Shown piece by piece: positions 1 to 10,296 of a stretch of DNA of 64,000 bases. Location of the stretch: positions 372,001 to 436,000 of the forward strand of contig JAUPSS010000011.1 in the NCBI GenBank assembly GCA_040285825.1, read 5' to 3'. The notes beneath the pieces are model-generated. The model was not told the DNA's origin and ran no database searches. It worked only from the letters and a program-made list of their open reading frames with translations. The translations under genes and the position numbers were made by a program. Source of the stretch: Eukaryota sp. TZLM1-RC. Its lineage: Eukaryota; Protista; Metamonada: BaSk clade. How positions within the stretch are numbered: the stretch's first letter is position 1; every line of letters starts with the position of its first letter.

Positions 1-550
1 GTAGGATCCTTTTCTTCAGCTGCATGTATCTCGCTAATAACAAGATCTTCCCCCAGATCGAAGTCCATTTTGTAAAGGAAAGGTGTTGGATTTTTAGATT
101 TTTGTGAATTGTTCTGAGAAATTGGATACTGATTAAATACATTTTCATAGTAATTAGTCTCGCTCAGACTAATTTTAATATATGACTAATCATTATGATA
201 GAAAATTAGTTCGACTTTTGCGGTTGAGATAAACCATGTTTCTAATTATTTTTACCGAAACAAAAACTACCAAGACTCAACATAACATCTTGAATAGACA
301 CCGGTCATTAATCGTCTACTAAATCAGCATAATTAATTACAGCCTCATTTTCATGTACTTCAGTCAATACGGAAGAGACTGCATTTGTTGCACTTTTTAA
401 ACCACCAGTTTCTGTAACAATGGCTCAAGTGTACTAGAGGCAAATCGATTGAGAGCTTGGCTGGCAGCTTGACGAGCAAAAACATTGAGGATTGGAGAGC
501 CAGTGTTCATTAATGTAGTAATTAGTGTAATGCAACTGTTAAAGAAACAG

Positions 551-1635
551 CAACGCAAGTTCAACTATTTTTGCATTAAATGAAGAAATTTCTACAATCG
601 ATGTAGAAAAATGGATTCGATGCTTTCCACAATCACCTATTGGAAATATTTCCCAAAAGAATTATTTAAATTTAAGATACACTCTTCGAACATTGAAGAA
701 ACGATTGGCTGGAATGTATGAAAAAGATCTTTATAAAAATATATGCTGCTGGGCTGTTTTAAATCAAGATCTCCACTCATTGTGATTGGAAAAGGGTGTT
801 TGTTAAACCCAGTCATCAGATTATTCACTGATTGTAACCATTGTACCACGAAGATTTGGACTGTGTGCCACTAATGAAGCGTTTGTAACAAAAATGAGAT
901 TATATTTGAATATCCCCATTAATCAATTATTATCAAAAGAAAAATGTATTTGTTCGAATTCACCTACAGCTCACTTTGCGTCATGTCATGAATTGTTCGA
1001 AATTGATAACTTTTCATTACATGATGCTGTGAGAGACATTGTTTTTGATATGGCACGAACTGCAAGAATTTCCTGTATCAAAGAGCCTCTGCTGAAGGAA
1101 AAACTGTCACTGAACAATTTTGGTTCTGATGATAGAGCTGATGTATACTGTGATTGGATTGATAATTCTGAAGCTGTTGTTGACTTTGTCTCCTGTAATG
1201 TTGCAAATGATACTTTGGTTCACAGAAGAAAACTTAGTCCTTTAAGTGCTCTTGAATTTAAAGCTAAAGAAAAACATAGAAAATATGACAAAGATATCGA
1301 AGAAGCTAATGCTGATAGAAATAGACCACTTGTTTTTATTGCTTTCCCATTTTCGATAAACGGAAGACTATCAGTAGAAGCAGGAACTTCTTTGAATGAT
1401 TTCCAAAAAATGGTGCAAGTACAAACAATGAAAAGATTTGATATTTGTATATGGCGCTCTCGGATTCAATTTGCCATTATTAATAGATTACCTCGGTTTT
1501 CAATCGAATACGAGAAATTTTAGCTAGACAGCAAGCAGATCAAGATTTTGTAGAGGAAATTTTGGTTCATTGAATTTTGTCCCATTAGTTATGAGTCAAT
1601 TTTATTAAGTGTGCAAGATGAATAAAAAATTTTAA
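551..1635 (+). mobile_element. 3' fragment of CRE/R2-like RLE non-LTR retrotransposon (family A)
   Basis: ORF 894-1523 has a degenerate CxC..H..C..H knuckle, RADVYCDW...VDFV (RLE PD-D) and KxxKY, then a 3' UTR ending in AATAAA; same sequence recurs several times in the window. Confidence 0.85.
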
Positions 1636-1914
1636 TTCAGCGAACCATTTTTTAAAAGAAAAGGTTATGCTTAAGTAATTAACAATAATGGTTTTTCAGT
1701 TTGTGTAGAGATGGCCAGAGAGGACTGCTTTAGACATCAATTTAAATCTGGTTAATGACTGTGAAAAATATCTTCAAGATTTCAATGAACAAAGTACTGG
1801 TTAGTTTTGAGAGACAACCTTAGAATACGCATAGCCCTGATCCGTCCTGATCGGAATGAGCCATCGGAAGATCACGGTGTATCCACAAGGGTAGGACCTT
1901 CGATGTTGACTTTG

Positions 1915-2770
1915 TAGTTCATTGTTATTGGAAAAAGGTGTTTGTGAAAATCATTCATCAGATTCTTCACTGTTTGTGACCATTGTACCACGAAGATTTG
2001 GACTGTGAACTAATAATGAAGCGTTTGTAACGAAAATGAGAATATATTTGAAGATTCCCATTAATCAATTATTATTAAAAGAAAAATTTGTTTGTCCGAA
2101 TTCACCTCAACTCATTTTGCGTCAAGCTCTAAGATATTCTAAATTGATTACTTATCGTTCTTCATAACATGATGCAGTTTGAGACACTGTTTTTAATATG
2201 GCTAGAACTGCAAGAATCTCGTGTATCAAAGAGCCTCTGCTGAGAGAAACACTGTCATTGAATAATTTTGGCTCTGATGTTAGAAATGGTATATAATGTG
2301 ATTGGATTAAAAACTCGAAAGCAGTTGTTGACTTTGTCTCTAATTTTGCAAATGGCACGTTGGTTCAAAGAAGAAAACTTAATCCTGTGGATGCTCTTGA
2401 ATTTAACGCCAAAGAAAAACATGGAAAATATGACAAAGATATCAAAGAAGCTAATGCTGATAGAAATAGATCTCTTGTTTTTATTGCTTTCCCATTTTCT
2501 ATAAACAGAAGACTATCAGTAGTAGCAGGAACTTTTTTGAATCATTTTAAAAAATTGTTCAAGAAAAACAATGAACAGTTTTGATATCTTATCATAGCGC
2601 TTTCGAAATCAATTTGCTATTATTAATAGATTACCTCGGTTTTTCATTCGAATTAGAGAAGCTTTAGCTAGACATCAAGCAGATCAGGATTTTATAGATG
2701 AAATCTTGGTTCAATGAATTTCGTCCCATTAGTTATGAGTTTATTTTGTTAAGTGTGGAAGTTCAGTAAA
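1915..2770 (+). mobile_element. Degenerate 3' fragment of RLE retrotransposon family A
   Basis: Nucleotide similarity to 780-1630 with frameshifts and stops; EFNAKEKHGKYD. Confidence 0.85.
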
Positions 2771-2795
2771 TATTCTAAACTTAATAACTTTTTTT

Positions 2796-3135
2796 AACTG
2801 GAATACTCACTGATTGCAATCTCCCGCTGATTTCTGGAGGCTGAGATGTCCCTAGACCAGTTGGTCTGACATCGAGGGCAATCGAACTCAGCGTTATTTA
2901 CCCTTCCGTCATCATGATATATCTTTCTATGAAAGAGCCTTACAGCAATTCACTTTTGCTGAGGTCATAAACTCGTCGCCCACTTTGACGTTTTCAAAGT
3001 GTTTTTGGATCTGTTTGAGAAATTTCTTTCTGGTGGATTTCACAGCTTGACGAGATGGACCACCGCCACCATTGCTGAACCAAACTATAGTGTTTTTTCC
3101 TTCAGACAAGCGTTTAATTTTGTTAATAAAACTAG
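2796..3135 (-). pseudogene. Fanzor/TnpB-like C-terminal fragment (RuvC + Zn finger)
   Basis: IVWFSNGG...VGDEFMTSAKVNCC, then after a frameshift CPRCQTNWSRDISASRN; same family as 36655-36979. Confidence 0.75.
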
Positions 3136-3189
3136 TTAGTCCAACAAGTCTAGTTAGAACGAGTCTGGAGTCAATCAGTCTTATAGTTG

Positions 3190-4160
3190 TCAATTCAAAG
3201 TAAAGTTCGTTTCAAACGTTTATTAATGATACATATCGCTCAAGGTGAACATCATGAGGGAATCTTTGGAAGAATGCGAAAACAAAATTTTTACTGCTTG
3301 TTGTAAATGATACTTTTCACAAAATAGAAGATTTTCTAAAGTTAGTGTGAGCTAAATCGGCAGAACAGAATAGATAACTACGAATCAAACATTCATTAAC
3401 TTTCAATAAAGAAGAAAGGATTTTGACAGAGTAAACAATTACCTTACAGTTATCCAATCGCTCAAATTTTCACACACATTTTCTTCTAATATCAACGAAT
3501 GGAGATTTTGATCTAAAACAGCTGACCAGAATTTATTTTAAAAAATCATTTTCATACATTTTGGCCATTCGTTTTTGTAAAGTTCGTGGCGTGTATTTTT
3601 GATTCAAGTATTTTTTTCATGGATATAGCCAACATGTGATTGGGGAAAGCATCGACTCCATTTTTCTACATTGCTTTTTAAATTTTTTTTAATTGAAACC
3701 CCTTCCTCGTTAAGTTAACTCCATTTTGAATAGTATTACGGTTTAAGTTTATAACAAGCGAGTTGTTATGCAAGTGAATAGCAAAAATTTCCCGTCATTC
3801 AATTGATGGTGTTTGAGCAGGTAAAAACATTTGTTAAGGTTTTTGGTTGAGTTTTAAAAGGTGATTGTTCCAGGAATAAATTCATTTTAATTGAAAGCCT
3901 CTACAAAATTTTGATCTGCCTGTTTTTTCGCCATTGCTTCCCTCATTCGATAAAAGAACCGCAGTAGTCTATGATCGACAAAAAAAGTCATCAAATCATT
4001 CATTGTTCTTTCTTCAACCAATTTTTGGAAATATTTCAAAAAAATTCCTGCTTCTACTAATAGTGTTCCGTTTATAGAAAATGGGAAAGCATTAAAACAA
4101 GTGGTCTGTTTCTATCAGTATTAGCTTCTTCCATAACTATGTCATATTTTCTATGTTTTC
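3190..4160 (-). mobile_element. Mosaic of RLE retrotransposon fragments
   Basis: 3190-3480 resembles 19820-20060 (KNFVFAFFQRF); 3480-3690 and 3895-4160 match family A. Confidence 0.65.
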
Positions 4161-4629
4161 TACAACAATGTTTTCACCAAAATTTACAAAATTTACAAGA
4201 GTAACAACTTGGTTTAAATACAGAAAAATTGAGTTCAAAAAACTAATTTTGTGCCAATCACTGTTTCGTCTTATTCATTTCTAAAATTTGAAGCGACATT
4301 ATTAACAAAGTATTTTGCCCTACCTCTACATCGTTCCACACAGAAAATGTCGTAGTAAAATGTACTAATGTTATCATTATGAGAGTACAACAATTGTGGA
4401 CAAACTAAGAACCCGCATGTTGGTTATTGTTTTTATTTTTTTCCCAAATAGATAAAAGTTTTTTTCTGGAAAAATGGAAATTCTCAAATTTTGAGCTGAG
4501 GGTTAAAAATCTTCCAGAACAGGCGCCCAGAAGTCGAAAATGGGTTGACAAGTGTAAAATTTGATAGATGAGCTGTTTATTCTCACTACATAATAGACAC
4601 CCACTTTGTGTCACGTGTATTCACTAGGT

Positions 4630-6544
4630 TTTGTGCACTTAACTCACTATTGACCCCTGTAGCGGTGCAGCAAATTCGGACAGACCTTCCTTTGCTCACC
4701 GAAATTTGTCATGAAGCTTCTTTATTGCTTCAATCTTTTCTTCTAAATTTTCCGTTGGCATCTAGAGCTTGAGTGGAAAAGGATGTATGGTATCTTTTTA
4801 TGACCGTCATCACCACTGGTTCTTTTCCAAAGCCTTCCACCTCCAAAGGACAACGCCAATTACTCCATATCTTTTACAGTGGATTTCTTCCTGAATGCCC
4901 ACAAGACAGGTCTCTTGTTTCTTCATGGGAAGATTCTTTAGTACCTTTTAGAAATTCATTCAACCTTTTTCTCAATGCGTGGTTGCAGTTCCAGAATTGT
5001 ATTTTTATCAACAATAAAGGGCTTTTTCCTCATCTTGCTTGTCGGGCTCGTCATTTGGCGTCCAACGTTAAGACAAGTTTACCTAAAATATGTCAATCCC
5101 GGACACAAAACTTTATTCGTGCTCATTGTAGAGCTCTAGATAAAACAAATGTCTTTGTCAATTATATTCTCTCTTTTGCCAGATGAACCACTAGCCAACC
5201 CGAGGAAGTAGTTGTTGATTCTGTTCTCAAACACTACATCGATTTCAATCTAAATAATTCAAGAGAATGATTCTTTGTATTAAATGTATGTAGGTTTATC
5301 TTGAACTTCCTTCAAAGATTTCCTACCACTGCTTCCCTACTGTTTTCACATGATAAAATCACCTTTTCATCAAAGGAAATTGGTGAGCTTTTTCTCTTTA
5401 ATCTTAAAATTTCACAAAATTTACTCACTTTCGTTTTTCATATGCATTGCTGGAAGAGTACTTTTAGAATGATACCTTTAGCTTCTTATAAAGGTTCTCA
5501 ACTTCATGAGGTACCTTCACATGTTTTCCAATCTGTGAAAAAATTCCCACTTATTGAAGGATCATCTTCCGAAACAAAGTTTATCAAAAATACATGTCTG
5601 AAACGAATATTCAAACAATGTCCTTACCAAAAATTTAATATCAACAGAAAAAGTTTGAAAAATAGATTTAAAAAATTCATATTGAAAACTAATGATAATA
5701 AACTGCTTTTGACCTTTGAAGGTACAAGTAATGACTCAGAAAACACAGATGAGCTGGATGAACCACCGAAAAAGAAAAGAAGATCAAAAAATGAAATGAA
5801 AAGTGACCCTGATGCTAACAAGACCAGAGAAACACAGTGGAAGGGCACTAAAAAATGCCCCGTCGAAGACGTAGACATCCAGTCGCAATTTTACCTGAAA
5901 GGCCCCTTGTTGGCGTTGATCTGGGACAATCTAGATTATGTGGTTACTCCTTAACTGCTAATCAATGTGGAGTTATCCCTTGTCCAACTGGCAGGACATA
6001 CATGACAAAACCTTCACATAGTAAACACTCTCCCAACCAATATTCCGTTCAAAATTTCAACCAATATTTGAACCATTGGAATTTGGTCAGGAGGAAAGTG
6101 TTTTTGGAAAGTAATCGCCAGAAATGGAAAATAATTAAATTTGATAACCGCAGACGAAAAGAGAGACGGTTCCGAGAGAGTCTCAACAAATTTCAAAGGC
6201 TGGCTGGACATCCTGATAAACTCTATCTTGCTGTGGGTTCTGCTAATTTCCCTTCTCATTGCCGAAAAGTCAATCGATATGGATCAGCAAGGGCTTTCAG
6301 AAAATGGTTGTGTCATCAAAAGGACGTGAAGCACTTGTCAACCAGTGAATTTAATACCAGCAAACTGTCAAGTTGTTGCATGACCGAGAATATTCAAGCA
6401 GGCGTATGGCAGATGCGTATTTGTACTGAGTGTCAAATAGTATATGACAGAGATATTTCCGCTGCAAAAAATATTCAAATCAAGAAGAAAGCGGAATTGT
6501 GGCCGGAAAGATACATTTGCCCAGATGATCTGTTGAGGAGATGA
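4630..6544 (+). pseudogene. Near full-length Fanzor (eukaryotic TnpB-like RNA-guided nuclease), disrupted by stops and frameshifts
   Basis: RuvC-I VGVDLG (Asp 5918-5920), LAVG strand, rearranged Glu in SEFNTSK (6347-6349), CC...CTEC Zn finger, RuvC-III DRDISAAKNI (Asp 6452-6454); NLS-like PPKKKRR; in-frame TGAs near 4770 and 5268, frameshifts near 5170 and 5890; left boundary approximate. Confidence 0.85.
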
Positions 6545-6643
6545 GTGGGGAACCTGAGCAAACAGAAACACAAACTTTGGAAAAACTGATACTCTATTTT
6601 GATTTTTTTAATTTTTTAATTTTTTTGAAAATCTTTTGAGACT

Positions 6644-6895
6644 GATCTACAAATACCTTAGTAGCATTTGGTAGATCCACTTAGATACATCAAGTCGCGA
6701 GGCTTTGTTCTGTGAAAGCAGTAGGTGTATTTAAGTGAGGTAGCCCATTGATGAAGATCATGATTGTCTTTGTCAAATGACGCTACATGTCTCTTACAGC
6801 CTGTGAGTAGACATTGAGAAAGTTGAAAACAGGAGTGAATTTCACAGGAGAATACATGATTACGGTAATTGAAAGCAGAAATAGAAGACATCTGC
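6644..6895 (+). ncRNA. Structured RNA, candidate Fanzor omegaRNA scaffold
   Basis: Stems 6644-50/6671-77; 14-bp stem 6678-91/6724-37 enclosing GCGA (6692-6705) and GAAA (6710-21) tetraloop hairpins; 6740-44/6782-86; 6787-6814 hairpin; G-U pairs favour the + strand; 100 nt after the Fanzor stop. Confidence 0.7.
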
Positions 6896-6941
6896 CATCT
6901 AATCTTGATATCCTTTTAATCTTCTAATCTTCTTCCACATT

Positions 6942-7829
6942 ATGCCCATTGTGACGCTTTCTGATTTACAGCAACGGGAGTTCCCTAATCCGTATCGATC
7001 TTCAAATACTCAACGAATGAATGTGTTCGGCCATACTGTTGATTTTGATACTCCAAAAGAACACGACAAGAAGACCCTCTTCACTATATTTTCAGTTTTG
7101 TTTGTTTTGGCTTTAGTCATACTTTCTTTGTTTCGTGCGGGATTATTCTCCCAGTTGCTGGAAAACTCAGAGTTTTTGCTTAATGGTATCGTTATTATGT
7201 ACACCCTCTTATCCATATCTGGTTTTATTCTGTTCAAGCACTACAATCTACAATCAAAGGACATATCTGCGGGACCAAAGGAGGATGTGGTTGATGCACT
7301 GACTGTTTATGGTGTTATTTATACTTTTGTTAATTTAATTGGATTGTTACTGCCTACTCAGGCTCCTCTTTTTTGGTCTTCACCCCTCATTTCAAAATTT
7401 GGTCTTTATTTTGGTTATTTATTGAAATCTGTTTTCGAAGGTTTTGTTTACCGTGGTTTTTTCAATATTCAAATCTTAAAACACAGTTTCAGAAAATATG
7501 GTCAATCTCCAAAAGGGTACTACCTTGGCCTTTTATTTGGTCACTTAGTCTACACTGTGGCAAATATTCCATTTCTGTTTCTGGAGTTTGATCTTAGTTT
7601 TTTAGTTTTAGCTTTCCTCATATACTTTTTGAGCACAATTTATCTGGTTTTTATCCACATGATTACTGGAAATGTTTATGTTTCGATTGCGATGCAAATG
7701 CTCTATACCGTACCCGCGACGCTGACAACAGATGATAACACAGCCAGGATTCCCCTTTTCATTTGTTTAATTGGTATCATGTTTGGTTGGAGGTATCTCC
7801 CTTTTGTGAATCGAAGAAATACTACCTGA
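6942..7829 (+). CDS. Multi-pass membrane protein, CPBP/Abi (CAAX protease II)-like, apparently non-catalytic
   Basis: About 8 hydrophobic segments; EGFVYRG at the EExxxR position; TGNVYVSIAMQ at the TGxLWxxIxxH position. Confidence 0.55.
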   Translation: MPIVTLSDLQQREFPNPYRSSNTQRMNVFGHTVDFDTPKEHDKKTLFTIFSVLFVLALVILSLFRAGLFSQLLENSEFLLNGIVIMYTLLSISGFILFKHYNLQSKDISAGPKEDVVDALTVYGVIYTFVNLIGLLLPTQAPLFWSSPLISKFGLYFGYLLKSVFEGFVYRGFFNIQILKHSFRKYGQSPKGYYLGLLFGHLVYTVANIPFLFLEFDLSFLVLAFLIYFLSTIYLVFIHMITGNVYVSIAMQMLYTVPATLTTDDNTARIPLFICLIGIMFGWRYLPFVNRRNTT

Positions 7830-8649
7830 GCAACATTAGCTTGCTGTTGCCATCTTGTAAATAAATTGAGACTCTTTTGATCTACTTTGTCAATTTTTTC
7901 AGATATTATAACGGTTTTTGGCATAGACACCTGTATTTGAAAACATCAAAAACGTTGTGGAACACTGAAAGTAAATTCAAATGAAATTGAGTCGAGGATG
8001 CTGGTTTAGTAGAACATTTTAAATAATGTTATTCCTCTTCGTTTGTCTCCAAATTTACTATTGTTTTCCTTTTGCCGAAAAATTGGTTGGTGAGCAATAT
8101 AGCAGAAGTGGTGGGAATAGCAATAAAACTGTGAAATAGCTGTGTTTAACAAAGAACAGTTTCTTTCTCAGTTCTTGCTTTAGCTTCTTTCAAATAAAAA
8201 ACAAATTTCTTTCAGAACTTCCAAATTCTTTATATTCGAATGTTTGATTGCACTTAACGGTTGTGGATAAAGCAAAGGAGGAGACCTACAATTGAATCGC
8301 GCATTCACAAATAAATGTAAATGAAATGTGTAAGAAAACAACTGACTCGATACGTTTTGAATGGACAGAGCTGATGCATATTTCAAAAACTATTTTGAAG
8401 AGTAAAACTGATTGAGAAGTGTACATTGAGTACTCACAGTAAGTCCTGTTGAATGAAATAGACTTGATTTATTTTGGTATTCAAATTAATACCTTACAGG
8501 TATGAAGTAGAGAGTAAACTGGAGTAAAGTAGAAGCAAAAAGGAGCACTAGATAATGGAAGGACGCTTGGAGTGGATGTCACTGATGACTAAGTCAAATC
8601 TCATTTCCTCACAATTTGTAAATGTGAAAAATGATTGTTCATCTTTTCA

Positions 8650-10182
8650 ATGCCTGTCCCTCGCATTTCCAAGTTTAGAAACGTTCACGGAACCATTCTC
8701 AAGGACGACGTGTTCACTGGTATCCAAACCGCCTCTACTGCTTGGGATGGTAAACTTTCCTGTGTCAACTCTCGTTGGATCTCCTTCATTATGACTTCAA
8801 TTGGTGCAGGGGCTGTCTGTGTCCTCCCTGTCAACAATCCCCATAAAGTAGACGTCAACCCTCCCACCATTCGAGGACACTCCCGAGCTGTTCTTGACGT
8901 TGCATTCTCTCCTTTTGACGAAAATGTTTTGGCTACTGCTGGAGATGATGGAGTGGTACGTGTGTGGAACATTCCCGAAGATGGTTTCGAAGGACTCACA
9001 TCCGAGGACGCAGTTACTTCCTTCCAACACGACAAGAAAGTAGGTGTCCTTGCCTGGCATCCCGTCGCCAAGAACATCCTCGCCTCTGCTGGCAATGATG
9101 GCGTTCGTATTTGGAACCTTGATGATTCATCTTTGGTGGCTCACCACCAAACCTCAGACTTGGTTAATTCCTTGTCATTCAACTTTAACGGCAGCCGTCT
9201 GGCTTTTTCATCAAAGGACAAGAACATGTACATCATTGACTCTCGCTCTGGTGACCTCGTTGCCCAAACCCAAGCCCACAGTGGTGTCAAACCTTTCAAG
9301 GCCATTTGGTGTTCCAATCCTGAAAAGGAACTTGATGTTATCGTCACTTTAGGTTTTGGTCGACCCGTGGGTAGAGAAATTAAGGTTTGGAATCCTTCCT
9401 CTGTTGCTGAACCTCTCGCAGTTGTTGCCTTGGATCAAGCAAGTTCTTTGTTCCTACCTGCTTATGATCCTGATACTTCCATGCTATTCTTTACTGGTAA
9501 AGGTGAAGGTCTCATCCGCTATTATGAAGTATTGAATGATACTCCCTACGTCCGTCCCCTGAATGAATTTGCTTCCAATGTACCCGCACGTGGTTTCTGT
9601 AGCTTAGCTAAACCCCATCTCAATATGGAAAAGAATGAAATCTTTAGGGCCTACAAAATCACTGACAAGACGATTGATCCTATTAGTTTCATGGTTCCTC
9701 GTAGAGCCCCAGGTATGGATCGTGACATTTTCCCTGCCACTTTTGCCGGTAAACCTGCTTTGACTGCTGCTGAATGGGTTTCCGGTACTGATGCTAACCC
9801 CATAATGATTGAATTGGATGAAAATGGTCTTACTGGTCAGGCTGTTGAGGTCAAGGAAGCTCCAGTTGTCGTTCCCACTGAACCCAAGGAAGAGCCTAAG
9901 GAAGAACCTAAGGACGAAGTAAAGCAGGAAGAACCAGTTGTTGAAGAAAAGAAAGAAGTTGTTAATACCAATGAAGCACTATTTGATTCTGATTCTGATT
10001 GTGACGAAGAAGAACTCCAAAAAGTAGAGGAAAAAGAAGACATGAAGTCCGAAGAGGTAACCACTCCCATTGTTGAAGAAGAGAAAATTTCTTTGAGTGA
10101 CGTAAAGCAGCTTATCGAAGAAGCTACTACTCCTTTGAAAGAAAAAATTGAGCTGTTGGAAGAAAAAATCTTTTCATTGTAG
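8650..10182 (+). CDS. CORO: Coronin
   Basis: N-terminal SKFRNVHG, WD40 repeats (GHSRAVLDVAFSPFDEN), GKGEGLIRYYE, PISFMVPRR, acidic linker and C-terminal coiled coil; ATG at 8650. Confidence 0.95.
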   Translation: MPVPRISKFRNVHGTILKDDVFTGIQTASTAWDGKLSCVNSRWISFIMTSIGAGAVCVLPVNNPHKVDVNPPTIRGHSRAVLDVAFSPFDENVLATAGDDGVVRVWNIPEDGFEGLTSEDAVTSFQHDKKVGVLAWHPVAKNILASAGNDGVRIWNLDDSSLVAHHQTSDLVNSLSFNFNGSRLAFSSKDKNMYIIDSRSGDLVAQTQAHSGVKPFKAIWCSNPEKELDVIVTLGFGRPVGREIKVWNPSSVAEPLAVVALDQASSLFLPAYDPDTSMLFFTGKGEGLIRYYEVLNDTPYVRPLNEFASNVPARGFCSLAKPHLNMEKNEIFRAYKITDKTIDPISFMVPRRAPGMDRDIFPATFAGKPALTAAEWVSGTDANPIMIELDENGLTGQAVEVKEAPVVVPTEPKEEPKEEPKDEVKQEEPVVEEKKEVVNTNEALFDSDSDCDEEELQKVEEKEDMKSEEVTTPIVEEEKISLSDVKQLIEEATTPLKEKIELLEEKIFSL

Positions 10183-10296
10183 TTCCCAGTAGATTTCTTA
10201 ATTTGTATAAATAATTACTGCGTATTTTGATATATTGTTTGTTTTTTACATATCTGAATTTAAACATATATTATTATAATAGAATAATTTATTAAA

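Noticed and set aside
1795-1910. GC-richer patch with fragments reminiscent of 5S rRNA
   Set aside because: Matches are short, in the wrong order, and do not form the 5S helices
5150-5182. GT...AG segment as an intron repairing the Fanzor frame break
   Set aside because: Lacks the host donor/branch consensus, and splicing leads to an immediate stop
4770-5270. In-frame TGA codons in the Fanzor suggesting a TGA=Trp genetic code
   Set aside because: Intact host genes (cullin, B56, THUMP) end in TGA and use TGG for Trp, so these are pseudogene lesions
8582-8600. CTGATGA as a hammerhead ribozyme core
   Set aside because: No GAAA after stem II and no stems I/III
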